A stretch of 64,000 nucleotides of DNA. It comes from Isurus oxyrinchus (Eukaryota). The position numbers and the translations under genes are program-made. Of the stretch, positions 28,340-39,655 are shown one piece after another; position 1 is the stretch's first letter; every line of letters begins with the position of its first letter. The DNA is taken from assembly GCA_026770705.1 (NCBI GenBank), contig JANJGN010000010.1, positions 40,238,001 through 40,302,000 on the forward strand. Reading direction: 5' to 3'. The notes beneath the pieces were generated by a model, which saw nothing but the letters and a program-made list of their open reading frames with translations, had not been told where the DNA came from and did not search any database.

Positions 28340-29317
28340 GGTAGCACTACGGTTTTTCTTTCACTCCCCTGTCTTTTCCCCTCTCCCAGTCACCCACTTC
28401 CTTTCCCCCATCACTGTCAACCCCCCACCCCCCAACTTCCACCTCCACTCCATGACCCACCAATCACAACCCTTTTCTTTCAGGGATGTCCAGGTTCCCT
28501 TCCTTCCTGAAACTCCCACCCCCATCCACATTAACCTGCCTGGCCTCCTTCTTCCCAGAGTCTGTGTCTGCCTCTAAGCCCCCACCAACCACCCCCTCCA
28601 TCCCTTCTACCGCTACCGTCAAGCCCTCACCCTCCCACTTGACTCTGCCCTCGGTCATTCTCACCTTTCCTTTGTACCATGCCCACACTCAGGTCTCTCC
28701 CCAGGAGGCAGTCATGGGCTCATCAGAGCCCTCGCTTGTACATTCACTTGGACATCCCCCTCCAGGCTCCTTCCCACCTTGGAACTGCTTCCCCGTCTGG
28801 ACTCCTTCCTCCCCCTGGACTCCTTTTCCTCTCCACACACCTTCCCCCCACACCCCCGGACTCCTTCCTCCCCCTGGCATCCTTTCTGCCTTTGCACTCC
28901 TTGCCCCACCAGACTCCCTTCCTCCCCCTAGATTCCTTTCTATCTCTGCACTCCTTCCTTCCTCTGGATTTCTTTCTCCCCCTGAGCTTCTTCACCTCTA
29001 CACATTCCTTCCCCCCTCAGAATCCCTTCCCTTACAAATTCCACCCCTCCTTACACCTATCTCCCCAGTTACCGTCTTCTTCCCCTCCTCCCCTGTATTC
29101 CCTCTACCCCCCAATCTCCTTCCCAACACCTTCGTCCACCCCTTCAACCCCCATCCCCCTGACACCTTCTTTCCCCCCTCCCAACCTCACCACCCCGACA
29201 CCTTTGTTCACCCCTCCCGACCTCCAACACCGTCGAACCCCAACCTCCAAACCTCACCACACCCTGATACCACTCCTCTCTCAGTTGATCCTAGACCTTC
29301 ATCTCCCACACCCATCT
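28340..29317. repeat. ~1-kb C/T-rich low-complexity tract (G-rich on the minus strand)
   Basis: Extreme pyrimidine skew; degenerate ctccttcc(c)ccc motifs. Confidence 0.85.
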
Positions 29318-30527
29318 TTTGCCAACTGGAACACTCTCCTACGTTCCACAACATCAATAAATTATGTTTCTTTTTATTTGAGCAAATACTGCTTCCTCAA
29401 GGGCAGTTTCCAAACACACAACCACTGACATTTAGAAGAACGAGGGCTGCAAGTGCATGGGAAAACCACCACAAGTAATTTCCTCTCCACGATGTACACA
29501 ATCCTGACTTGGGAATTTGTGTCCATTCCTTCATCGTCACTGGGTTGAAAACCTGAAAATCCCTCCCTTAGAGCTCTGCGGCTGTAACTACACCACACTG
29601 ATCACAGTGATTCCAGAATGATGATCACTCAAGGTCAATGAAAGATGCCAATAAATGTATCATGTGTCAACGTTCAGTGAGCAAATTAATGAAAACTTTG
29701 TGCAAGTTATTTTTTTCTTCTTTGATCCCACCTTCAGCTCCTGGCTTACCTTTTTCTGTATTGACATCTTGTGAACCTTCCATTTGATTCTTGGTATTGC
29801 TTTGATCATTTGAAGAGTTTTGCTGTGATTCTACATGAATTGAAAAATGCACGTTAATGTAAACACATTGTATACAAGTGCAGGAACTATAATGATTAAG
29901 CATTTGCTTAGTGATAAATGAATACATATGTATTTAGTTAAGCTCATTGCACCCATATCTAAGGACAAATATTATTATTTCTCAGATAAGTGCTGCATCT
30001 TAAGAATAATGCAATATTGCATCTCAGTGAATAATAACTTCTTTTGCTGCCCTGAATATACATCAGTCAATTGATTTCAAATGTTATCAGCAGAATTGCA
30101 TAATGTTGTTATACACAAGCTCAGGAATATACTGGCAAAATATCTTCTTGGGGTCGAATGACAACCGTGTGAATCCATCAACCCATGAAATAGGCACGAG
30201 GTTTCAGTCAAAATATTTCCTCAAGCCTCGAACTGGAATGTCACCACATTTCTTTGTGACTGACAGAAAAGGTTATGCTCCACCCAACCAAACAAGCTGA
30301 GTTTTTGATCCTCAATTCCAGTAGCGATGTTATAACAAAAGGAAAACAGGGAAGTAGATGCTAACTAACTAAAGAGACAAGTCCTGAGCTGCTTGAAATG
30401 CCACATTCTGTTTGTTTGCACACAGATGGGGCAGGCTACCAGGTGCTGCAATTCTGTATGAGTGATGTCCACAATGAGCTTGGCTGAGAACCTTTGAGTG
30501 GCCCCAGGTCACTCAGAGCATGATAAT
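29318..30527. repeat. Strongly diverged, internally deleted monomer of the same repeat
   Basis: Colinear matches such as catcaataaatt, ctacatgaa, tattattatttctcag.taagtgctgcat, ctccacccaa, agacaagtcctga and cactcagagcatgata. Confidence 0.88.
29750..29830 (-). CDS. Diverged repeat exon, 81 nt (ESQQNSSNDQSNTKNQMEGSQDVNTEK)
   Basis: Acceptor ttttcaattcatgtag is homologous to the array exons; donor AAG|gtaagc; phase 1-1; open. Confidence 0.65.
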
Positions 30528-31199
30528 GGGCCGAATTTTAGGATCCTTAGGCGGGCGCACGCCCAACCCGATCAGGTGTAAAATCGCACGAGAGGACATC
30601 AGACAAGTGACCCGACATCATCACGCACTCGTGCAATATTTTGCTTGGCGGGCATGCGCAGAAGTTGGAAGCACACCCGCCAATAATAAAGAGAGCAATC
30701 AAGCCCATTAACAACGCAATTGTCTCTGATTTTTCATGGCCTGTCCAACCTTACAGCAGGAGGATGAGTGGATTGGCCAAGACTCATCCGAAGGCAGGAT
30801 GATATTGCCATTATGAAATAAAATAAAAATAAATCTCTGTGGACAGTATTTTTATGTGACATATTTTCAAGTGTTTGATTGTGATGCAGGGATTTTTGAT
30901 GCAGCTTTTTAAACCTTTATTTAATCATTTGAAGGTGTGCAGCTCCCTCAGGCAGCTGTCTGCCTTCAGGGAGCTCTCTCATCGTGCTCACCTACACCGC
31001 GATGACACCATTGCCCGCACTCTCCCCGGCCACAGCCTGACACCGCTGAGCTTTTCAGAGCACATTCCACGCTGTCTGGCCGGTAATTGGCCAGCCAGTG
31101 TGAAATCGCGGTTGGGAACCGCTCGTGGTCGGCGGTCCATTTCCCGGAAACTCCTGAGCCGGCCAATTGCACTTACCCACCAAAGGCAAAGTTCAGCCC
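30528..31199. mobile_element. Non-autonomous DNA transposon (MITE), Harbinger-like TIRs
   Basis: Imperfect terminal inverted repeats GGGCCGAATTTT ... AAAGTTCAGCCC. Confidence 0.7.
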
Positions 31200-31549
31200 A
31201 TGGAATTGTGCTGAAGAGCCGTAAGGCCCACTTGAAACAGAGACACTTGAAAGTAAAGCATGAAAATGCAAAAGGCTGCACTTAATTCCTTGCGTGTGTG
31301 AAGAAAATGGAAATTTCCCCCAACTCACCGCCCCTCCCCCACTACCCCCAACCATTACATCCCACTAGACACCCAATAACCATCTCCTGCTGATTTATAT
31401 CCCAGGATGCATCAAAAAGTTTCTGAGTTGAAAACAAAATGGACTTTGGATTCAAAACATGCCAATTAAATTCCCTTCTGAAAATACCCAGAAATGAGTT
31501 TAAAAACTGGCTCTGGCAAACAGAGTGACAGAAGCAACACCTAGAATCC

Positions 31550-32475
31550 AGATCTTGGCGTGCAGGGGACAATTTCAAAGTTTGCAGATGATACAAAGCT
31601 TGGCAGTGTTGTGAACTGCAAGGAGGATGGTGTGGGGGGCATAGACAAGTTGCTGGAGTGGGCAGATAGGTGGCAGATGAAGTTCAATGCGGAGAAGTAT
31701 GAGGTGATGTATTTTGGTTGGAAGAACATGGAAGGACAATGTAAAATAAGGGGTGAAATTTGAAGGGGTGCAGGAGCAGGGTATATGTGCATAGGTCATT
31801 GAAGGTGTCAGGACAGGTGGAGAGAGCAGTTAATAAAGCATTTAGTATCCTGGTCTTTATTAATAGCAGCATAGAGTACAAGAGCAGCGAGGCTGTGCTG
31901 AATCTATATAAGACATTTGTTAGACATCTGCTAGAGTATTGTGTACAGTTCTGGGCATCACATTATAGGAAGGATGTGAATGCTTTAGAGAGAGTGCAGA
32001 AGAGGTTTACAAGAATGGTTCCAGGGATGAGAAAGTTCAGTTATGAAGATAGATGGGAGAGGTTGGGACTGTTCTCCTTGAGGAGAAGAATGTAAAGAGG
32101 AGGTTTGTGAGAGATGTTCAAAATCACAAGGGAGCTGGACAGAGTAGACAGGGAGAAGCTGTTCCCACTTGTAAAAGGATCAAAAATGACAGGGCACAGA
32201 TTTAAGGAGATTTGCAAAAGTAGTAAATGTGACATGAGAAAAAGCTTTTTCAGACAACGAGTGGAATGCACTGCCTAGAAGTGTGATGAAAGCAGGTTCA
32301 AACGAGGCATTCAAGGGGGCATTAGATGATTATTTTAATGGAAACAATGTGCAGGAGGCTTACAGGGAAAAAGCAGGGCAATGGCACTAGGCCATAATCT
32401 CATGAAGAGAGCCGGTACTGACACGGTGGGCCAAATGGCCTCCCTCTATGCTGTGAAAATTCTGTGATTCTGTGA
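31550..32475 (+). mobile_element. 5'-truncated CR1 LINE
   Basis: ISKFADDTKLG and LYKTFVRHLLEYCVQFW motifs; (ttctgtga)n-type 3' tail. Confidence 0.9.
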
Positions 32476-33585
32476 ACACCAATCTAAGTATCCCCTGCAG
32501 GGACAAGCAGGTGATCGCTCTTTCTCTCCCTCTTGCTGGAGGATAGTGCCTTTTAGTTGAGGCAGACAGCAAGCAGGAAGAAACAGGACAGCCTCCTCAG
32601 TCACCTCTGCAGAGGCAAGCAGGTCATCTCTCCCTCTGGGAGTACGCCATCAAGTGTCTCCATCAGACTGTGAAACTGCCAAAGTCAGCTCCCGCATTCT
32701 GCCAAAATCACCTAAAGGCCACAATGTGCCACCATCAATACCTCAATGACAAGCCAATGACTGGTTTGTATATTCTTTTTAATTTTGTTTGGACTCTTAC
32801 CTTTCTTATTCCTGATGTGTGTGTCACATCTTTTATTATTTTTCGTCGGGTTTTTAGCAACTAATAAACTTACTCTTTCCTTGACTCAAGAAAATCTGAT
32901 TGGATTGGCTCCTTATAGAAAAGTAAATACATTTGGATTGGGAAGAGGTATCCAGAGGGAAAGAAATCCAAACAAACCTTTGTTATGACCAACCAAGGGG
33001 TTGAAAAAAAGGAGAGCCACTCATTTACCCTCACCCGGTTCTAACAAAATTGGGGCTCGTAGCCGGGATTGTTCCCATAGACAAAATAAATGAATTCGAG
33101 CGGGAAAGGTAAATTTTTCTTTCAAAACCAATTTTAAAAACTGAAAATGGTTTTCTTGAGTCTGTACGACTAAAGTACAAAATGTCCACATTTGATGCCT
33201 GGAGTTTTCTAGATGGAAGGGAAATTGCGTCTGAGAATTTAAAGGTTCTGTCCATCGAAGAGTTAAAAGGCACTTGGAATTAGAATTTCGCCCAAAGGCC
33301 AGAAACTCCAAAATTTTAAAAGGGGTGGCCAACCATCTACTATATTGAGAATGATGAAATGGATAAAGTACTGGCAAAGAGATTCATATTGGAGCAACGG
33401 AAATTGGAACTGGAATTTCAGGAAAGGGGTAAAGAGAGAGAAAGAGAGAGAGACAGGAAAGGGAGACGAAGAGAAGAGAGAATTTCAGGACAAAGAGAAG
33501 GAAAGGCAATTTAAATTAAAAGAGCTTGAGCTGAGAAGCAGGCATTCCACTGTGTCCCTTGAAGACACCACCAGCTCAGATTTAA
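32476..33585 (+). mobile_element. LTR-retroelement remnant: LTR 3' part, tRNA-Pro PBS and decayed gag start
   Basis: LTR-like end ...TAACA at 33046; TGGGGCTCGTAGCCGGGAT at 33051-33069 is close to the tRNA-Pro PBS TGGGGGCTCGTCCGGGAT; followed by an E/R/K coiled coil (EKERQFKLKELEL) like Gypsy gag. Confidence 0.7.
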
Positions 33586-33699
33586 GGGCCTGAATTTTTA
33601 ATTCGTCGGCCGCAAGCAATCGGCTGGTCTGGACCGGGATGAGAAATGGGCCACCGGCCACGATCGGCTCCTGACCATGATTTTATACTGGCTGGCCAA

Positions 33700-35760
33700 T
33701 TTTTTTTTATTCATTCACGGGATGTGGGCTTCACTGGCTGGGCCAGCATTTATTGCCCATCCCGAGTTGCTCTTGAGAAGGTGGTGGTGAGCTGCTTTCT
33801 TGAACCGCTGCAGTCGATGTGGTGCAGGTACTGTTAGGAAAGGAGTTCCAGGATTTTGACCCAACCACAGTGAAGGAACAGCAATATGTTTCCAAGTCAG
33901 GATGGTGAGTGACTTGGAGGGGAACCTCCAGGTGGGAGTGTTCCCGTGTATCTGCTGCCCGTGTCCTTCTAGGTAGTAGTGGTTGTTGATTTAGAAGGTG
34001 CTGTCAAAGGAGCCTTGATGAATCCCTGCAGTGCATCTTGTAGATGGTACACACTGCTTCTACTGTGCGTCGCTGGTGGAGGGAGTAAATGTTTGTGGAT
34101 GTGGTGTCAATCAAGTGGGTTACTTTGTCCTGGATGGTGTCAAGCTTCTTGAGTGTTTTTGGAGCTGCACTCATTCAGACAAGTGGGGAGTATTCCATCA
34201 CATTCCTGACTTGTGCCTTGTAGATGGTGAACAGGTATTGGGGAGGTAGTAGGTGAGATCCTTGTCGCACGATTCCTAGCCTCTGACCTGCTCTTGTAGT
34301 CACAATATTTATACGGCTTGTCCAGCTCAGTTGGTCAATGGTAACCCCCAGGATGAATGTAGTGGGGGACTCAGTGATGGTAATGCCATTAAACATCAAA
34401 AGGCGACGGATTGCCCAGGTCTTCCTGCAGTTGGACATGAACTGCTTCAGTATCTGAGGACTCGTGAATGGTGCTGAACATTGTGCAATCATCAGTGAAC
34501 ATCCCCACTTCTGACCTTATGATGGAAGGGAGGTCATTGATGAAGCAGCTGAAGATGATTGGGCCAAGAGCACTACACTGAGGAACTCCTGCAGTGATGT
34601 CCTGGAGCTGAGATGACTGACCTCCAACAACCACAACCATCTTCCTTTGTGCTAGATATGACTCCAACCAGCGGAATATTTTCCCCCTGATTCCAGTTTT
34701 GCTAGGGCTCTTTGCTGCCACACTCAGTCAAATGCTGCCTTGATGTCAAGGGCAGTTACTCTAACCTCACTTGAACCAAGGCTGCAATGATGTCAGGAGC
34801 TGAGTGGCCCTGGCAGAACAGTGAGCAAGTTATTGCTAAGCAAATGCCACATGATAGCACTGTGGATGACCTTTCCATTACTCTCCTGATAATCAAGGGT
34901 ATACTGATGGGGCGGTAATTGCCTGGGTTGGATTTGTCCTGCTGTTTGTGTACAGGGCATACGTGGGCAATTTTCTACATAGCCAGGTAGGTGCCAGTGT
35001 TGTGGCTGTGCTGGGATAGCTTGGTTAATGGGGGGGCAGGTTCTGTACAATTGCCGCAATATCGTCAGGGCCTGTAGCCTTTGCAGTATCCAGTGTCTTC
35101 AACTAGTTCTTGATATCACATGGAGTGAATCGAATTGGTTGAAGACTAGCATTTGTGATGCTGGGGACCTCCTGGTGGAGGCCGAGATGGATTATCCACT
35201 TGGTATTTCCGGCTGAAGATTGTAGCAAATGCTTCAGCCTTATTTTTTGCACTGATGTGCTGAGCTCCTCCATCATTGAGGATGGGGACATTTGTGGAGC
35301 CTCCTCCTCCAGTGAGTTGTTTAATTGTCCACCACCATTCACAACTGGATGTGGTAGGACTGCAGAGCTTAGATCTGATCCGTTGGTTGTGGGATTGCTT
35401 AGCCCTGTCTAATGCTGTGCTGCTTGGCACTAAAGTAGTCCTGTGTTATAGCATCAACACATTGACACCTCATTTTCTGGTATGCCTGGTGCTGCTGCTG
35501 GCATGCCCTCCTGCACTCCTCATTGAACGGGTGTTGATCCCCTGGCTTGAAGGTAATGGTACAGTGGGGGTATATGCTGGACGATGACGTTACAGATTGT
35601 GTTCGAGTACAATTCTGCTGCTGCCCGTCAGTACCTCATGGATGCCCATTTTTGAGTTGTTAGATCTGTTCCAAATCTATCCCATTTAGCACAGTGGTCG
35701 TACCACACAACACAATGGAGGGTATCCTCCATGTGATGGCAGGGCATTATCTCCACAATG
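33700..35760 (-). mobile_element. CR1/L2-group non-LTR retrotransposon fragment
   Basis: RT motifs AGVPQCSALGPIIFSCFINDLP and MFTDDCT; 3' end cccacatcccgtgaatgaataaaaa at ~33700. Confidence 0.88.
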
Positions 35761-38444
35761 ACTTTGGTGGTTACAAATTGCATTCCCTACACCTGATTAA
35801 CAGCTCAGATGAATTTGTAGCTCAAGGCATTTTATCGAATTTATTATCTTCACTATCCTTTCCCTTCTCGCTACTGAGAGGATCAGAGTTTTTTTTGCAC
35901 TGCTTCATCGTTATCATCTGTTCTTCTTATATCCTCAACTATCAACATTGGAGTTAAATGAAACAGCTTCTTCTTTAATGTTGCTGAGGTTGAGGCTTTC
36001 TGAAATAAAAAACCTCTGCCCATTCAAGCAATCTGAATTTTAGCTTCTGAAATCTTGCACTGCTGCTGCACCAGAAGCAAAACACAAGAGCAACTCAAAA
36101 TCCCAAACAGGCAGGTTAGATCCTGTACAAATGCCAGGGATGTGCTACCTGCAATAATGGCACAGGTTTCCAGAAGTCGCAAGGATATATGTGAGACACC
36201 TTCCCTGGCATAGGACCTGAACATTTGATTGGCACCAAGTCACATAGAGGATGGTACCTTACTTTCTTTTCTCATTAGTAACTTTCGTCTTTTATAGAGG
36301 GTGCCTGTAATCCTTCATTAATGCAAAAAATCCCTATGAAGGATGTAAAGGCCATTGTGTAGAAGTGCAGAAACAGCAATGATATTGCTATTGGCCAATA
36401 TTAAACGATTACACAACTCTGTCAAAGGAGAAGTCTCTTTATTTCTCAGACTGATGCTGCATTAAATACTTTCAGATAAATACTGAATTGTTTCTCATTC
36501 TTATTGATTTCTCTTTTTGCTCTGATTTTATTCCAGTCAAGTAGACTCGAACAGCACAGAAGAAAATTCCACAACTTGGTTATAAAATTAAATAATTATA
36601 TAAAATACAGAAATGTGAAATTTGTGCAACTCCAATACAGGGCCATTACTCTTTCCTTAAGCCCTTTGCGTTGCTCTTGCATTGTTGCCAGGATCTTCCA
36701 GTTCCGTCAAAAGCCAGTGGAGCTTTGGCTGTCCCATCGCCTCCCCTGCAGTGGGTACCGCCACGGAGGGGCTGGAAAATCCCGGCCAATGTTCCTCTGA
36801 GAAACATTGAGGCCATTGTGTCACAGACAGGTGGAAAACAGCATGCATGCTGACTCTCCACATTCTGCGCACAAAGCGTTTTGGAGTCAGGCCCCGTTTG
36901 GAAAGCAGTTTGGGTCTGGGCTCAGTACCTCACATTTCCCACTTGACACGGCTGCTGTACAAGGGGATGGGACATACTGCCTGCTGAGAGTATGAATTCT
37001 CCTTGTTTTCATTAACATTTTCTTTCTTTCGTTAACATCATGTAACAGAATTACATTACCCAGAGCGGCAGCAGCTTCAGGTAAGAGGAAGGAGTCAAGT
37101 AAAGAAGAAACATAAACTGAACTAGGTTGAAGAAAGAGGACAGTTTGAGGTTGAGGGGAGTACTGATATGAACTGAGTGAGGAAAAGAGAAAAAAAAGTA
37201 GATCGAAGGTGCTAACATGAATTGGTGTAGGCAATGACAGCATGAACTTGGGTAGACTGCTGAGCATGAGTCCTGGGATCCTGGGTAGGCAATGCTAGCA
37301 TGAGAGGGGGTAGATAGTGGAGGGTTGGGCAGAGGAACTGGGAGGAGATGAATTATAGGGCAAACCAAGGAAAAGGGGAAACGGTGCCTCTGGCCTGGGA
37401 ATGATGCAGAAACATTAAGGTGACCTCCCAGCAGTTTCCTGTGGGTTGGGGGGCATGGGGCCTTTGTGTCTGGCCACTCCATGGCCCACAGAGTAGACCA
37501 CCAGTGCCAATGGCAACCCTGCCAACCTGAAACTGCCACTGGGGAAGTTATCCCCGTCCAACCACCGGGGGGGCTTGCCCACCTGGCCATGATATTGAAA
37601 TAAAAGTGGCTACTTAACTGTGAGGGCAGTTCAACATGGAGTCACCCTTCCTTTCCTCTTGCAGCCTCAGCAGTGGCTACCTCTAATGGTGATTGTGATT
37701 GAGGCAGCAACTCTGGGGCTGTAAAATAGCCTCTGCTGTCCTGCTATCCACCAACATGGGCTAGGGACACACATTTTGTGCTGATGTTGAGACCCACAGC
37801 ATGCTGTTAAAATCCTGGCATTGTGTTACACCTTAACAGGAATATAAACACTTTAATAATCAAATGTCACAAGAGGCTGTACCACAAACGTCTGTGATTT
37901 TTAAACAAGAAATGTCTGCCATGATCTTCTTCCATTTTTTAAAGTTGTTCATCAGGATTTTGTAGGTTTGTCGATTGTTGTGCATGGAACAGATACATAA
38001 GATTTGGTCCAACTCAGGGATTGATAAAATCCTGTTATTACTATAAGAACTGAAGTCAAAATTAAAATTCACACCCATATAATGTATCAGAAGGCACAAA
38101 ATAAGAGCCATCTGTTGCATCCTTAGAACAGTCAGTGGTAAGATTCCAATTCAGTGAGGTGGGAATTTCACTTTGCTCTTTTTCTCAAATATAACACTGA
38201 CATTAAATATGTTTGGCAGCACGAACAATTGGATAACTTGAGTCTGTGCTAAATTTGGTTGCGCTTATGTCGTTGAACTTGGAGAATGGAAACTTCAAAT
38301 CTAAAGCCTACTTTTATCTGAATGATATGCAGCTTGGGATCTAGATAGAAAAATGAAAAAAAAACTGTCTGGTACAAATGGCTAATAGCTTACTTGTTCC
38401 AGTTTCTGGTAGGTGTGGCACAGGTTTAGGGTCAGGTGACTTAC

Positions 38445-38486
38445 TGTTCAGAAATGATAGCTTTTCTTCATCATCTTGATTATGAT
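38445..38486 (-). CDS. Candidate cytoplasmic exon (DHNQDDEEKLSFLN); alternative in-frame donor at 38394
   Basis: 42 nt, acceptor ccatctag and donor A|gtaagt, phase 1-1, open in the TM-exon frame. Confidence 0.5.
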
Positions 38487-39389
38487 CTAGATGGAATGTA
38501 AATGTCAGGAACATGAGAAATTAAACATTGCATAATATAATGAAAAGTTAAATGTTGAACCTAATAACTTTGTTGCAAATACCCAGTTCATAATTTATAT
38601 GTTTTAGAGTATAACTTCTAGTTTTTCAATTAAATTTTTAACTGTAGAAATTGGGGCATCTGATTGAAAAACTGCTAAGCAATCCTGAGGAAAATGCAAT
38701 TCAAACAAGCTTGGCTTTAATTATAGTTAAAAGCTACCATATGTGTCTTTTGTCGGAGTTGATATTGGAAAACATCTTAAATAAAGTGTGGTTATCATTA
38801 TCGCAATAAAAGAAGCTAAACGCTAGCAATTCTGAGAAAGAGAGTCATAATCTCATCAGCAATATCAACGATCATATGGGTTGCAGAATCAAAAATTATA
38901 TTTTTGAAAGTATAAAAATTTGATTACACTTCTGGTTGAATCATCCCAAAGCCTGCCATGTTGCCTTGGAGATAGTGATTCATAGTGAATCCCTGGCCAG
39001 ATGGTTCTTCTGTTAATTTTTCTGTGTGTGGTTGCTAACTGAAGCAGTTCAGTTTAAGAACAGACAGAGGAAATGCAGTTTGGATTTCATGAGGATAAGA
39101 CAGCTGGAAGATTTATTCTAGCTTGCAGCTAGTGGGAGAAACCTATAGTGGTCCTCTCAGAGCCTTGTGGCAGAAAGCAGTCAGCAGAGTTAGCATGGAA
39201 AGCTGTGGAATGCAGTTGAATATGCTGGCAACCTAAACAAGGAGCTGATGCATCCACAGTCATGAGGCCAGGAACGGAAAAAGTGGAGCCAAAAAGCTAA
39301 TGGAAGGAGCCCCATAGAATCTTACCTCAGAGGAATAGCTGGAATACAAAGGAGAATTAAAGTAAATTCTGGAAGACTACTGTGTATGA

Positions 39390-39655
39390 ATGATGGAATG
39401 GCATGGGATGGGGGTCTAAGGAAGGAGTGGGAGGAATGGGATAGCATCACAGGGCTGGTATGGGGAGGATGAAATAGCATTGTATGGGAATGCTATGCAA
39501 GGAGTCGGAGGGAAGGGATGGCATGGGAGTGGTGGCATGGGAAGGATGGAATTACGTGGGATGGGTTTGGCTTGGGGCATGGCATGAGATAGATGGACTG
39601 ACATGGGATCAGGATGGCATGGGAGGGGCAAGGGGCAGGGATGGTATTGGAGGTG
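39390..39655. repeat. Degenerate (GGCAT/GGGAT)n simple repeat
   Basis: Recurrent ggatgg and gcatgg units. Confidence 0.6.

Noticed and set aside
28486-29478. 330-aa proline-rich ORF
   Set aside because: Artefact of the C/T-rich low-complexity tract; several frames are open
33200-33590. gag remnant as the source of a Gag-like B7-H6 tail, as in human
   Set aside because: Antisense to the gene, frameshifted and without suitable splice sites; probably coincidental
37050-37081. Plus-strand mini-exon-like signal (cag|...CAG|gtaaga)
   Set aside because: About 32 nt, isolated, and no partner exons found on the plus strand
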